From Ktedonobacterales bacterium (GTDB lineage: Bacteria > Chloroflexota > Ktedonobacteria > Ktedonobacterales > JADMIN01): a stretch of 32,000 nucleotides of DNA. Each line of letters begins with the position of its first letter. Within the stretch, counting starts at the first letter, position 1. Both the position numbers and the translations under genes were made by a program. Below are positions 1 through 9,115 of this stretch, piece after piece. The notes under the pieces are model-generated. The model saw only the letters and a list, made by a program, of their open reading frames with translations. It made no database searches and was not told where the DNA came from. The stretch is from the NCBI GenBank assembly GCA_030167145.1, contig CP126532.1, forward strand, positions 4,260,001 to 4,292,000, given 5' to 3'.

Positions 1-14
1 GTTAACCGGATGCC

Positions 15-662
15 GTGGATGGATACCATCCCGTTACCGTTACACCAGGAGAACTGAATACTATGGCCACCGATGGCACGCCGGAACCGGCGGCAAAGCG
101 GTGCGGCGAAGCGATAGCGCGACTGCGAACGACGCGGCGCTGGTCACGGGCACAATTGGTAATCCGCCTGTTTGACGAACTCGCCCCCGATGATCCCAGC
201 TATAACAGCATCAGCGAGACATGGCTTGCGCGCCTGGAGAATGGGCGCATGGTCAAGGTGCCACGCCAGACCGTCGAAGCGATCTGCCGTGCGCTGCGAT
301 GCACACCCCAGGAACGCGCCGTGGTGCTGCTGCATGCCGACCGGAACGTTCTGACCGACCACGAACACGAGCCAACCGTCACGGGCGAGCTATTAACCTA
401 CGTGGTAGACCGCCTGCATACCGAGGCGCACGACGTGCTCAACACCCTGGTTGGGCATCGCGACCTTGCTACGCTCGATGAGTTGGAACTACTCGAAATC
501 ACCTCCACAGCGCTGGATTTGCTGATCGCACGCCGCTGCAAGCAGCAGAGCGTTGGCGATGGCCGCGCGGCAGTGAGTGGCACGTTCGCACGCAATGGCC
601 ACAATGGCCATAACGGTCATATCACGCTGGTGCCACGCCTGAGCAGCAAGACCGGCGCATAG
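15..662 (+). CDS. XRE-family helix-turn-helix transcriptional regulator
   Basis: 215-aa ORF bounded upstream by TAA at 3-5. The N-terminal third (CGEAIARLRTTRRWSRAQLVIRL...SISETWLARLENGRMVKVPRQTVEAICRALRC) fits the XRE/HTH_3 pattern. The start is uncertain: GTG at 15 or ATG at 63. Confidence 0.65.
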   Translation: MDGYHPVTVTPGELNTMATDGTPEPAAKRCGEAIARLRTTRRWSRAQLVIRLFDELAPDDPSYNSISETWLARLENGRMVKVPRQTVEAICRALRCTPQERAVVLLHADRNVLTDHEHEPTVTGELLTYVVDRLHTEAHDVLNTLVGHRDLATLDELELLEITSTALDLLIARRCKQQSVGDGRAAVSGTFARNGHNGHNGHITLVPRLSSKTGA

Positions 663-728
663 GTCTGGGCGCACCGTGCGTGCGCTCAGACACCACCCAC
701 ACAACAACTATGATGAGGATGTTTTCCC

Positions 729-1694
729 ATGTCTTTATCCTTGCCCGCGGGATTCATTGCGCGTGGAATGCGCGCGAACGACGCCGCGGTGATTCGCGGA
801 CTGGTGAGCGATTGCCAGCGTGCGGAGTTTGGCGTGCCTGACCCGGCGATGCTCGAGGGCGTTGAGCTGACCTGGGGCGCGCCGGGCTTCGATGGCGAGC
901 GCGACGCGTGGGCCATCAGCGCGCCAGGCGGGCGGCTTGCGGCGTATGCGCACCTCGGCCCCACACGCATGCATGAGTACGTCCACGCTTTCGTACACCC
1001 TGACTTTTCCGGGCGCGGTCTCGGCTCGTGGCTGATTCAGCAATCGGAGGCGCGTGCGCGGCAACGCCTGGCGGAGCATTCGTTCTCGGATGGAACGGCT
1101 GGGGATGGCGGCAGGTTGGAGCAGTGGGTGGCCGCGCCGAATATGGCGGGCCACGAACTCATGCGCCAGCACGGCTATGACGAGGTGCGGCACATCTGGG
1201 GCATGGTGATTGCGCTGGCCGCGCCGCCGGAGCCGCTAGAGACACCCCCAGGCATTACGATACGCGCTGCCGTGACGGAAGATGATCTGCGCCGCGCCCA
1301 CGCCGCCAATGATGAGGCGTTTCGCGATTCCTGGCACTATGAGCCGCGCACCTACGAGCAATTTCGGTCGCAACTGGTGGATATTCCAGCATTTGATCCG
1401 TCGCTGTGGCTGCTGGCGCTGGATGGCGACGAGGTGGTTGGCACGGCGCTGGGCGAGGTGCTGGGCGAGCGCGGCTGGATCAACGAGGTGACGGTGCGGT
1501 GTCCGTGGCGGGGGCGTGGTGTGGCCATTGCCTTGCTGCACCGCGCTTTTGGCGAGTTCTATCGGCGTGGCATCCGTGAGGTGGGGTTGGGCGTGGACGC
1601 GCAGAATCCGACGGGCGCGACCCGGCTCTACCAGCGCGCGGGCATGCGCGTAGAACGCCAGTATGACGTATTCGAGAAAGTCATCAAGGGATAG
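729..1694 (+). CDS. two-domain GNAT family N-acetyltransferase (MshD-like architecture)
   Basis: 321 aa. There are two GNAT halves, each with an acetyl-CoA motif A (R/Q-x-x-G-x-G/A): HPDFSGRGLGSWL and RCPWRGRGVAIALL. The C-terminal TRLYQRAGM is typical of GNAT. GAGGA lies about 10 nt upstream of the ATG. Confidence 0.8.
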   Translation: MSLSLPAGFIARGMRANDAAVIRGLVSDCQRAEFGVPDPAMLEGVELTWGAPGFDGERDAWAISAPGGRLAAYAHLGPTRMHEYVHAFVHPDFSGRGLGSWLIQQSEARARQRLAEHSFSDGTAGDGGRLEQWVAAPNMAGHELMRQHGYDEVRHIWGMVIALAAPPEPLETPPGITIRAAVTEDDLRRAHAANDEAFRDSWHYEPRTYEQFRSQLVDIPAFDPSLWLLALDGDEVVGTALGEVLGERGWINEVTVRCPWRGRGVAIALLHRAFGEFYRRGIREVGLGVDAQNPTGATRLYQRAGMRVERQYDVFEKVIKG

Positions 1695-1715
1695 CGAGAA
1701 AGAGAAAACGAGACG

Positions 1716-2705
1716 ATGACCACGAGCACAATTGTGATTCCGGCGGGGTATGCATTGCGCCACCCGACACGGGAAGACATTCCGGCGCTGATCGCGCTGA
1801 TTGACGCGCACGACCGCGCCCACTATGGCGTATCTGACCCGTATACCGAGGAGGATATTCTTGGCGACTGGAAGCATCTGAAGGCTGAAACCGACGCCTG
1901 GGTGATGATGGCGGCGAACGGCGAGATTGCGGGCTATGCCACCGCGACGGATTGGGGTTACGGCCAGCTTGGCATAGATGGCTATGTCAATCCGAAGCAC
2001 TGGGGACACGGCATCGGCACGGCATTGGTGCGGCTGGCGGAGGCGCGGCTGCGCGACTTTGTAGACAATGCGCCGGAGGGGGCGCGGGTGGTCGCCGACA
2101 ACGGCGTGATCCTGAGCGATGAGCCAGCGCGGCGTCTGCACGAAGGCGAGGGCTACACGCTGGCGCGGACCTACTGGCGGATGCAGATTGATATGGATAG
2201 CCCGCCACCGGCACCGGAATGGCCGGAGGGCATCACCCTGCGGACGATGGAGCGCGGACGCGATGAGCGTGCGATCTTCGACTGCGTGGAGCAGTCGTTC
2301 GCGGATCACTGGGGCCACGTGCCACGGAAGTTCGAGGAGTGGATCGCGCGCACTGAACGCTCGGACTTCGACCCATCGCTGTGGTTTCTCGCCGTCGAGG
2401 GCGAGCAGATTGCGGGGGTTGCGCTCTGTTCGATGAGGCCCGATGGCAGCGGTTGGGTCGGCACGCTGGGAGTGCGGCGTCCGTGGCGGCAGAAGGGGTT
2501 GGGTCGGGCGTTGCTGCTTCAGGCGTTCGGCGAATTTTACCGGCGCGGAGTGATGTCGGTGGCGCTGGGCGTGGACGCGCAGAGCCTGACCGGCGCGACA
2601 CGGCTCTATGAAAAGGCGGGAATGCACGTGGTGATGCAGTTTGCCCGCTATGAGAAAGAGTTGCGCGCCGGAGTGGACATGAGCACACAAACGCTGAGCG
2701 AATAA
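1716..2705 (+). CDS. two-domain GNAT family N-acetyltransferase, paralog of the upstream gene
   Basis: 329 aa with the same architecture as the upstream gene. Motif A occurs twice (NPKHWGHGIGTALV and RRPWRQKGLGRALL). The C-terminal block AFGEFYRRG...LGVDAQ..TGATRLY..AGM is nearly identical to gene 729..1694. Confidence 0.8.
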   Translation: MTTSTIVIPAGYALRHPTREDIPALIALIDAHDRAHYGVSDPYTEEDILGDWKHLKAETDAWVMMAANGEIAGYATATDWGYGQLGIDGYVNPKHWGHGIGTALVRLAEARLRDFVDNAPEGARVVADNGVILSDEPARRLHEGEGYTLARTYWRMQIDMDSPPPAPEWPEGITLRTMERGRDERAIFDCVEQSFADHWGHVPRKFEEWIARTERSDFDPSLWFLAVEGEQIAGVALCSMRPDGSGWVGTLGVRRPWRQKGLGRALLLQAFGEFYRRGVMSVALGVDAQSLTGATRLYEKAGMHVVMQFARYEKELRAGVDMSTQTLSE

Positions 2706-2710
2706 CCCAA

Positions 2711-2746
2711 GCCAGCCGCGCGGGAGGTCATCTCTCGCGCGCTGGC
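2711..2746 (+). terminator. GC-rich hairpin after the GNAT pair (weak terminator candidate)
   Basis: GCCAGCCGCGCG-13 nt loop-CGCGCGCTGGC forms an 11-bp stem with one bulged C, 6 nt after the stop at 2703-2705. No clean T-tract follows (GTTGATTGAATG). Confidence 0.3.
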
Positions 2747-2825
2747 GTTGATTGAATGAAACATGCCAACCAGCGACGCGGAGCGCCTTGCCCCGCGCCG
2801 TTGCGCTATCGAAAGGAGGCTCATC

Positions 2826-2909
2826 ATGCGAACAACATTCCTCGCTTCATCTGATGTATCGAACGTCTGGCGGTTTGGGCCGCCGTTCAATCAGCGAGGA
2901 ACCACTTGA
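2826..2909 (+). CDS. candidate 27-codon leader peptide (uORF) of the MFS transporter gene
   Basis: AAGGAGG (2813-2819) lies 6 nt before ATG 2826. The peptide is MRTTFLASSDVSNVWRFGPPFNQRGTT. The stop TGA 2907-2909 overlaps the TTG start (2906-2908) of the MFS ORF as TTGA. The MFS SD (GAGGA 2896-2900) lies inside the uORF. Confidence 0.35.
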   Translation: MRTTFLASSDVSNVWRFGPPFNQRGTT

Positions 2910-4180
2910 ATAGAAGCGTGAATGCTTATCGTGTGTATCTGGGGCTGTCGAGTGCGGAGGCGCTCTTCAGTTCGATGTTCTTTGTCGTCGCGACGGTCTG
3001 GCGCGTGGAGGCGGCCGGATTTAATCCATTGCAACTAGTGCTGGTCGGAACGGTGATGGAGAGCGCGATCTTCGTTTTCGAGATTCCGACGGGGGTGGTG
3101 GCCGACGCCTTCAGCCGGAAGCTTTCGATCATCATTGGTCAGGCGATGATGGGGGTGGCTTTCGTCATGGAGGCGCTGTTCCCGCGCTTCGAAGTAATTC
3201 TGGCGGCCCAGGCGTTCTGGGGCATCGGCTACACCTTCACCAGTGGCGCGACTGAGGCGTGGATTGCGGGCGAGGTGGGCGATGGGAACATCGGCAATAC
3301 CTTCGTGCGCGGCACTCAGGTGGGGCTGATCGGCGCGCTGGCGGGCAGTGTGGTTGGCGCGGGGCTGGCCAGCGTGCGGCTGAACCTGGGCATGTTGTGC
3401 GCGGGCGGGGCGGGTCTGATACTGGCGGTGTGCCTGGTGGTCTTGATGCCGGAGACGGGATATCGCGCGACACCACGCGCGGACCGCTCCACCTGGCAGC
3501 ACATGGGCGATACGCTGCGCGGCGGCCTGCGGATAGTGCGGCTGCGGCCGGCATTGCTGAGCATATTGGGCATTGGCCTGTTCTTTGGCCTCTACAGCGA
3601 GGGCTACGACCGGCTCAGCGACGCGCACCTGCTGCAAGACATGCACATCCCGACGATTGGCAACCTGAGCTATGTGGTGTGGTTCGGCATCATTGACGTT
3701 GGCGCGATGCTGCTGAGCCTGGTGGCGACGGAGGTGGTGCGGCGGCGGGTGAACCTGCGCAGCCATGTTGGCGTGGCGCGGGCGCTCTTCGGCTTGACGG
3801 CGCTGCTCTCGGCTGGGGTGATCGCCTTTGGGCTGTCGCGCGATTTCTACGTGGCGGTGGTGGCGATGTGGGCTATCGCGGTGCTGAGGAAGTCTATCAA
3901 CCCGCTGTATGACGCCTGGATTGCGCAGCATACGGACCCGGCGGTGCGCGCGACGGTGATCTCGCTGGCGGGTCAGGTGGACGCCTTCGGGCAGATCGCT
4001 GGCGGTCCGGCGATTGGCGCGCTGGGCACGGTGCGGGGGCTGCGGGTGGCGCTGGTGACGGCGGGGGCGCTGCTCTCGCCTGCGCTGTTGCTGCTGGCGC
4101 GCACGATTCGTCGCGCGCCGAATGAAACGGCTCCCAGTGAGGCGGCGGACCTGGAAGCGGCGGCGCGTACACGGGTGTAG
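2906..4180 (+). CDS. MFS transporter (drug-efflux-like)
   Basis: 424 aa, hydrophobic throughout with about 12 predicted helices. The MFS loop 2-3 motif-A-like GVVADAFSRKLS is present. The start is TTG 2906 (SD GAGGA 5 nt upstream), with GTG 2918 as an alternative. Confidence 0.8.
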   Translation: MNRSVNAYRVYLGLSSAEALFSSMFFVVATVWRVEAAGFNPLQLVLVGTVMESAIFVFEIPTGVVADAFSRKLSIIIGQAMMGVAFVMEALFPRFEVILAAQAFWGIGYTFTSGATEAWIAGEVGDGNIGNTFVRGTQVGLIGALAGSVVGAGLASVRLNLGMLCAGGAGLILAVCLVVLMPETGYRATPRADRSTWQHMGDTLRGGLRIVRLRPALLSILGIGLFFGLYSEGYDRLSDAHLLQDMHIPTIGNLSYVVWFGIIDVGAMLLSLVATEVVRRRVNLRSHVGVARALFGLTALLSAGVIAFGLSRDFYVAVVAMWAIAVLRKSINPLYDAWIAQHTDPAVRATVISLAGQVDAFGQIAGGPAIGALGTVRGLRVALVTAGALLSPALLLLARTIRRAPNETAPSEAADLEAAARTRV

Positions 4181-4252
4181 CTCAACCGTGCAAGCGCATG
4201 CTTTGCCCCTTTTCCGCGCAGGCGGGACGGGGGCATTGCTGCTCCTCACAGC

Positions 4253-4281
4253 TTGCCAGCGAGAGCGCTTGTGGCTATACT
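4253..4281 (+). promoter_or_regulatory. sigma70-type promoter candidate for the 4346 membrane-protein gene
   Basis: TTGCCA (4253-4258), 17-nt spacer, TATACT (4276-4281), about 65 nt upstream of ATG 4346. Confidence 0.5.
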
Positions 4282-4345
4282 ACCCCTGGGCACAGACTGC
4301 CAGCGTAAAGTTGTCCGTTTGCCAATGCATGGTGAGGAGGGACTG

Positions 4346-5017
4346 ATGACACCACGAGCGTTGCGCTGGGTGCGGGTCTGCGGCGGGGTGGCGCTGGCGG
4401 CGGGAGTGTTGAATGCAGGGCTGATTACCATCAATCAGGAGGCTCCTGGATACTTCTATTCACAGATGGGACTGGGGAGTAATGGAGTTCTTGCCTTCTT
4501 GCTGTATATAGGCTTTGTTGTCGGGCTGATCGGCGCGCTGGCGGTGCAGGCGCGGCAGATCAACTGGGTCGGCCGCATTGGATTCAGCGTGGCGATCTTC
4601 GCGCTGTTCGATACGCTCGTGCCACTGGTCACGCTGCTCGCGCTTCTCGCCGCCCTCGCGGTGCGTAACACGCTCGGCACGGCGGGGTTGTGGGCGAGCG
4701 TGGTGAATGACGCGCTGCTATTCGTTGGGCTGCTGCTGGCGGCTGTGGGGAGCTTCCAGACGCGGCGTTTGCCAGGCTGGGGCGTGGCGGCGCTGGTGTT
4801 GCTAGGCCTCTGCCTGTTACCAGAGATGTTCTTTCTCTTCCCGGCCAACCACTTGTTTCAGTCAGTGGACTATCGCTCGCTCAATCTTTTCATGTATCAA
4901 ACCGTATTCGCATTTATCCTTCCCACGATCATGAGCCTGCTTTGGGCTGTGGTTGGGCTGGCGCTGCTGATGGTGAAGCCGAATGCAGTGGTCGCGCCAG
5001 CCTCACAAGCTGCATAG
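4346..5017 (+). CDS. integral membrane protein, unknown function
   Basis: I chose ATG 4346 inside ORF 4253..5017 because GAGGAGG (4334-4340) sits 5 nt upstream. The 223-aa product has about 6 hydrophobic segments and no motif I recognise. Confidence 0.6.
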   Translation: MTPRALRWVRVCGGVALAAGVLNAGLITINQEAPGYFYSQMGLGSNGVLAFLLYIGFVVGLIGALAVQARQINWVGRIGFSVAIFALFDTLVPLVTLLALLAALAVRNTLGTAGLWASVVNDALLFVGLLLAAVGSFQTRRLPGWGVAALVLLGLCLLPEMFFLFPANHLFQSVDYRSLNLFMYQTVFAFILPTIMSLLWAVVGLALLMVKPNAVVAPASQAA

Positions 5018-5030
5018 GTTGCGCGCAACT

Positions 5031-5516
5031 TCAGCTTCGCGAGACGCTGTCAACGATATGCTGAGGTGCGGCGGGGAGCGCGCGAAGCCGGGTGCGCAGG
5101 AAGACGGGGTAGAGCGGCGTGTCGTCCAGCGTGGCGAGGGGGAACCAGCGATAGAGCAGGCGCACGTGCTGCTCGATGCCCTCGTGGGTGCGGGTCTTGT
5201 CGTAGATGGCGGCGTCAGGCGGAAAGCTGAGCAGGTAATAGAGGCCCAACTCATGTCCTGGGATGCCATTGTAGGTGAAGAAGTTCTCGGCGATCCAGAG
5301 CAGTCGCCCAACTTGAGCGCTCACGCCGTCGCTGAGTTCTTCGCGCATCTCGCGCGATAAGGCTTCCTCGGAGGTCTCGCCAATCTCGACACGCCCGCCA
5401 GGGAGCGCCCAGAAGTCGTCTTCGATGAACTTGTGGAGCAGCACATGGCCATTATCCACGCAGACGCCCGCGACGCGGTAATTGAAGCGCATGCGCTGGA
5501 TGTCAAACGAGATCAT
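5031..5516 (-). CDS. NUDIX hydrolase
   Basis: 161 aa. GGRVEIGETSEEALSREMREELS is a near-perfect Nudix box (G-x5-E-x7-R-E-U-x-E-E). The start overlaps the upstream cupin stop by 4 nt (ATGA). Confidence 0.85.
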   Translation of the reverse strand: MISFDIQRMRFNYRVAGVCVDNGHVLLHKFIEDDFWALPGGRVEIGETSEEALSREMREELSDGVSAQVGRLLWIAENFFTYNGIPGHELGLYYLLSFPPDAAIYDKTRTHEGIEQHVRLLYRWFPLATLDDTPLYPVFLRTRLRALPAAPQHIVDSVSRS

Positions 5517-5878
5517 GCGGTTGGCTCCTCGGTGAGATAGTGGGCGGGGTCAAGCGTTTCGGCTTCAAGGACGATGGCGGCCATGCCAGTTTCCGTGCCG
5601 GATTCGTGGCCCTCGCCCGCAGCCCAGAAGGCGGCTTGGCCAGCTATGATGGCAACACGCTCTGGCGCTTCGCCTCGCACCCAGCCCGCGCCTTCGATGA
5701 CGAGGAATAGCTGTGGGATGTCTGCCTGATGGTAGCCAACGCGACCGCCAGGGGCGAGCCGTATGCAGCCAAGCTGGACGAAGCCAGTGGGACGCGCGAT
5801 GGGTGTGATGTTGGCGTAGACGCTATCGAACTGGGTGATCGGTCGGCTGGACGTGCCGCTGAAGGTGAACAGCCTCAT
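5513..5878 (-). CDS. cupin-domain protein
   Basis: I chose the internal start MRLFTFSG (ATG 5878..5876). The 121-aa product has a beta-barrel-like pattern GGRVGYHQADIPQLFLVIEGAGWV...FWAAGEGHESG resembling the two cupin motifs. It is translationally coupled to the NUDIX gene. Confidence 0.55.
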   Translation of the reverse strand: MRLFTFSGTSSRPITQFDSVYANITPIARPTGFVQLGCIRLAPGGRVGYHQADIPQLFLVIEGAGWVRGEAPERVAIIAGQAAFWAAGEGHESGTETGMAAIVLEAETLDPAHYLTEEPTA

Positions 5879-6028
5879 CGCATGGCGCTCTCTTTCTGGC
5901 GAGCGTGGGTGACTGTGGGCGCTCGGCATTTTGGCTCACACGTTGTACCACACGCGGCGGCGCAGTCGTATAGTGCTGAGGTGGGTACGTCCGGTGTTGC
6001 GTGTACGCGACTGTAGGAGGGTGAGGCG

Positions 6029-7294
6029 ATGCTCGAGGGGTTGGATCAGGTTAACTGGAATGGGATGGAGCATGCGTATGGTCCGGCGGCAGATGTGCCT
6101 GATCTGATTCGGGCGCTCGCCTCGCCTGATGTGGAGAAGCGCAACGAGGCGATGCACTGGCTGTATGGGACGATCTGGCACCAGGGCACGGTCTATGAGG
6201 CGACGGCCTATGCCGTGCCGTTTCTGATCGAGCTGCTGCAAGAGCCAGAGGTGCAAGATAAGGATGCGATTCTCTCGCTGCTGGCGCATCTGGCGAACGG
6301 TAGCTCGTATCTGGATGTGCATCAGGATTTCTATCCAGAGCGGGATGAGCAGGGCACGCCAGAGTTTGACGAGCAACTTCAGCGCGAAGTCAGTTGGGTG
6401 CGGGCCGCGCATGAGGCGGTGGAACGCGGTGTCAACTTGTATCTGGACCTGGCGCGCGACGCCCGGCCAGCGGTGCGGATGGCGGCGGTGTATCTGGTGG
6501 CGTCGTTCACGGAGCGGGGAGCGCGGACGACACCGGTTTTGCTGGCGCAGATGGAGCGTGAAACTGACGCGCGGGTGCGGGCGTGTATCCTGCTGACGCT
6601 GGGTGCGCTGGGTGAGCATGGTCCTGGGGCGCGAGAGCGCTTCGAGCAGATGATCGCATCGGACGCGCCGGAGTTGCTGCGGGTGGCCGCCGCGATGGGG
6701 ATGGTGTGGGCCGAGCGCGAGCACGCGCCGGAGGCCGCAGTGCGTCTGCTGGTGGCGGCGCTGGCGTATCCGCAAGACGAGAACATGGAGCAGTATGCGG
6801 ACCTACCCTGGGCGCGGAGCACGCTCGCCGGAGACATCTGCAATACGCTGGCGTGGCTGGGGCCGCGCGCAGGCAGAGACGCTGTGCCATTGCTGGCGCG
6901 GGCGCTGCTGGATCCGGCGATTGCGGCGAGCGGCAAGGCGGCGGAACGCCCGGATGTGAATACGATCACCTTCACGATGACGCCTGCGGATGGGGACGAG
7001 AGCAAGGCAGTGCGCGGTGCGATTACCAACGTACCAGAGGCGTATCCGGCGCTGAACATCCTGCGGGCGCTGCTGACGCTGGCCTTCGCTGGCGATGAGC
7101 GTGAGGCGACGGACGGGCAAGGGGCGCCGGAACCGCAGGCGCTGAGCGACGAGCAGCGGACGGCGCTGAAGGCAATTGTGGAAAGTGACAGCGTTTGGGA
7201 GCTTTCGATGAATGCGGCGGAGATATTGCGGGCATTCCACCTGCCGGATTCGCGCGACGGGCTGCGGGCGCTGGAGGCGGCACAGGGCAACTAG
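6029..7294 (+). CDS. HEAT/ARM-like repeat protein, unknown function
   Basis: 421 aa. There are recurring about 30-40 aa helical repeats with (D/E)xxVRxxAxxxL-type cores (DARPAVRMAAVYLV, TDARVRACILLTLG, APELLRVAAAMGMV). GGAGGG lies just upstream of the ATG. Confidence 0.7.
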   Translation: MLEGLDQVNWNGMEHAYGPAADVPDLIRALASPDVEKRNEAMHWLYGTIWHQGTVYEATAYAVPFLIELLQEPEVQDKDAILSLLAHLANGSSYLDVHQDFYPERDEQGTPEFDEQLQREVSWVRAAHEAVERGVNLYLDLARDARPAVRMAAVYLVASFTERGARTTPVLLAQMERETDARVRACILLTLGALGEHGPGARERFEQMIASDAPELLRVAAAMGMVWAEREHAPEAAVRLLVAALAYPQDENMEQYADLPWARSTLAGDICNTLAWLGPRAGRDAVPLLARALLDPAIAASGKAAERPDVNTITFTMTPADGDESKAVRGAITNVPEAYPALNILRALLTLAFAGDEREATDGQGAPEPQALSDEQRTALKAIVESDSVWELSMNAAEILRAFHLPDSRDGLRALEAAQGN

Positions 7295-7602
7295 CGCCAG
7301 TCGAGTTCCGTCACCGCGCCAGAGACGATGGTGATGGCGGTAGGGTGCTGTGGGTCTGGTCCCCAGATGGTATAGTCCCCTGCGGGGAACGGCAGAAAGA
7401 CGGCGGCGAACATAGAGCGGCCATTGAATCGCCGTTCCGCTACGTCGGTGTGGACGCGGCGGATGTCGTCGTGCCTTGGGCTGACTTCGATTTCCGTGCC
7501 ACAGCGGTCGGCGCGGGTGTAGATGACCAGCGTGCCGGTGTGCTCGCCAATGTCGAGCACGACGGGGGCGGTGTGAATGCGCTGATGATGCGTTTCGGCC
7601 AT
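7291..7602 (-). CDS. small conserved hypothetical protein
   Basis: 103 aa. The pattern VVLDIGEHTGTLVIYT...GTEIEVSP...HTDV.ER......AAVF..L..GDY recalls a small beta-rich family common in high-GC Gram-positive genomes, but this is recollection only. The 3' end overlaps the HEAT gene by 4 nt, convergently. Confidence 0.5.
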   Translation of the reverse strand: MAETHHQRIHTAPVVLDIGEHTGTLVIYTRADRCGTEIEVSPRHDDIRRVHTDVAERRFNGRSMFAAVFLPFPAGDYTIWGPDPQHPTAITIVSGAVTELDWR

Positions 7603-7698
7603 AGCAGGTGGTTCCTCCTCTAGCGACCTGGTGGGACGCTGGCGAGAGCACTAGAACTTGTACGGCTCCGGCGCTCTCGCTCACTGTGTGGCATGGCC

Positions 7699-9066
7699 TT
7701 ACGTTGGGTTGTTGAAGCCTTCGTTGGGCACGCCGAGGTAGGGGAACGAGGTGAGGAATGGGACGTTGTTGTCTTTGGGGGTCAGGCCATCGGTGATGAC
7801 CGACGATGCCGCGTCGGGCTTGAATGCGGGGTTAATCAGCGGGTAGGTGACACCGGCGATGGCGCGTAGCTCGATGGTGACGACGTCGTCGAAGACGCGG
7901 CGGCCATTAGGGAAGCCAGCCAGATCGCCGCCCAGCAGCCCCAGAATGTTCGGACTGCTCGACGGGGGGATGGCCATATTCAGCCGCAAGAGGTCGGCGG
8001 GTGTGGGACCGGTGAAGTTCTGGAAGCCGGGGATCAGGCCCGCCGGTATGCCGGTGAGCAGAATGGCGACCAGATCGGCGCGCACAGCGGTAAGGGCTGC
8101 CAGGTTGGGGAAGACGCCCGGATAGAGCACGGGGAGCAGACCCGCAAGCTCTGGGTGTTGCACGTACTTGAGGAACTGGCTGTCGTCCTTGGGGTCCAGG
8201 GCGTTCCAGCGGTCTTTATCGCCTATCGGCACGATGACTTCGTTGAAGAGGGGATTGCCGAGCCGCGAGACCTGCACCCATGGGCCACTTTCGGTATCCG
8301 GCCCCTGCGCGCCGTTGCGTATCACGCCTTTGCGGCGGCTGGCCGAGGCGTAGATGCCGATGATCGAGCGGGGAGCCTTGGGATCGGTGGGCATGGCGCC
8401 GTCGCGCGTGAGTTGATTCTTGGGAATCTGGAGCGCGATGGTGTGTACGTTGAAGCCTTTGCTTGTGTTGACGCCAGGTTCGGCGGGCATGGGGAAGATA
8501 TGCAGATTTTGGAAGGGCCGGAGGGTGGCGAGGTCGAAGATCGCGCCAAGGTCTACATAGAACCCTTCGGCGCGCTGCCCAGCGAAGACGGTCTCGCCGC
8601 TGGTGAGCCGGTGGACGGCGGCCTGGGCCAGCGCGGGATAGTTGGGCGTGGATGAGGGGCCGATGCGGCAGGGTGGCGAGGCCAGCCCACTGCTCAGCAG
8701 CCGTGTCGCGCCGTTCTTGATCTTTGTCACGGAATAGAACTGGCGCACATTCCAGTTCGGACTATTCAGCGAGGTGATCTGGCCGGTATTGTAGAGGAAA
8801 GTTTCAGGGTTGCTGATCTTCGTCTGGAAGCGGAACTGGTAGGTGATGTTTTCAATGCCGTCGCCATCGTTGTCAATGTTGATTTCGTAGACCACATCGT
8901 CACCAAATTGGAAGAAGTTGGGGCCGCCGGCCGGTTCTTCCAGAGGGATGTAGTTGGCGATGATGGTCACGGTGTCGGTCCGGTCGGGACTGACAAACGC
9001 ATAGACATCGGTGTTGTCGGCGACGGGATCGTTGGCGATTTCGGGTGCTTCGCGGTGGGATGACAT
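7699..9066 (-). CDS. DUF4331 family protein
   Basis: I chose the start at MSSHREAP (ATG 9066..9064), with AGGAGA 7 nt upstream. The N-terminal SHREAP...DNTDVYAF...IANY.P.E.P.GGPNF..F..D..Y.I.IDN.GDG is the hallmark of DUF4331. 455 aa. Confidence 0.75.
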   Translation of the reverse strand: MSSHREAPEIANDPVADNTDVYAFVSPDRTDTVTIIANYIPLEEPAGGPNFFQFGDDVVYEINIDNDGDGIENITYQFRFQTKISNPETFLYNTGQITSLNSPNWNVRQFYSVTKIKNGATRLLSSGLASPPCRIGPSSTPNYPALAQAAVHRLTSGETVFAGQRAEGFYVDLGAIFDLATLRPFQNLHIFPMPAEPGVNTSKGFNVHTIALQIPKNQLTRDGAMPTDPKAPRSIIGIYASASRRKGVIRNGAQGPDTESGPWVQVSRLGNPLFNEVIVPIGDKDRWNALDPKDDSQFLKYVQHPELAGLLPVLYPGVFPNLAALTAVRADLVAILLTGIPAGLIPGFQNFTGPTPADLLRLNMAIPPSSSPNILGLLGGDLAGFPNGRRVFDDVVTIELRAIAGVTYPLINPAFKPDAASSVITDGLTPKDNNVPFLTSFPYLGVPNEGFNNPT

Positions 9067-9115
9067 ACTTGCGTCTCCTAATGGAATGCTCGCGGTACGC
9101 AGAAACGGCCATGCG

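Noticed and set aside
1236-2690. 484-aa ORF on the minus strand across both GNAT genes
   Set aside because: It is antisense to two ORFs with clear GNAT motifs. Its translation is Arg/His/Pro/Gln-rich with no motif, as is typical of shadow ORFs in high-GC DNA.
3035-4249. 404-aa minus-strand ORF opposite the MFS gene
   Set aside because: The composition is extreme in Arg, His and Gln with no hydrophobic core. The plus-strand ORF has the coherent 12-helix transporter pattern.
7641-7681. GCGAGAGC...GCTCTCGC inverted repeat after the DUF4331 stop as a terminator
   Set aside because: The 8-bp stem has a 23-nt loop and no T-tract on the minus strand. That is too weak to call.
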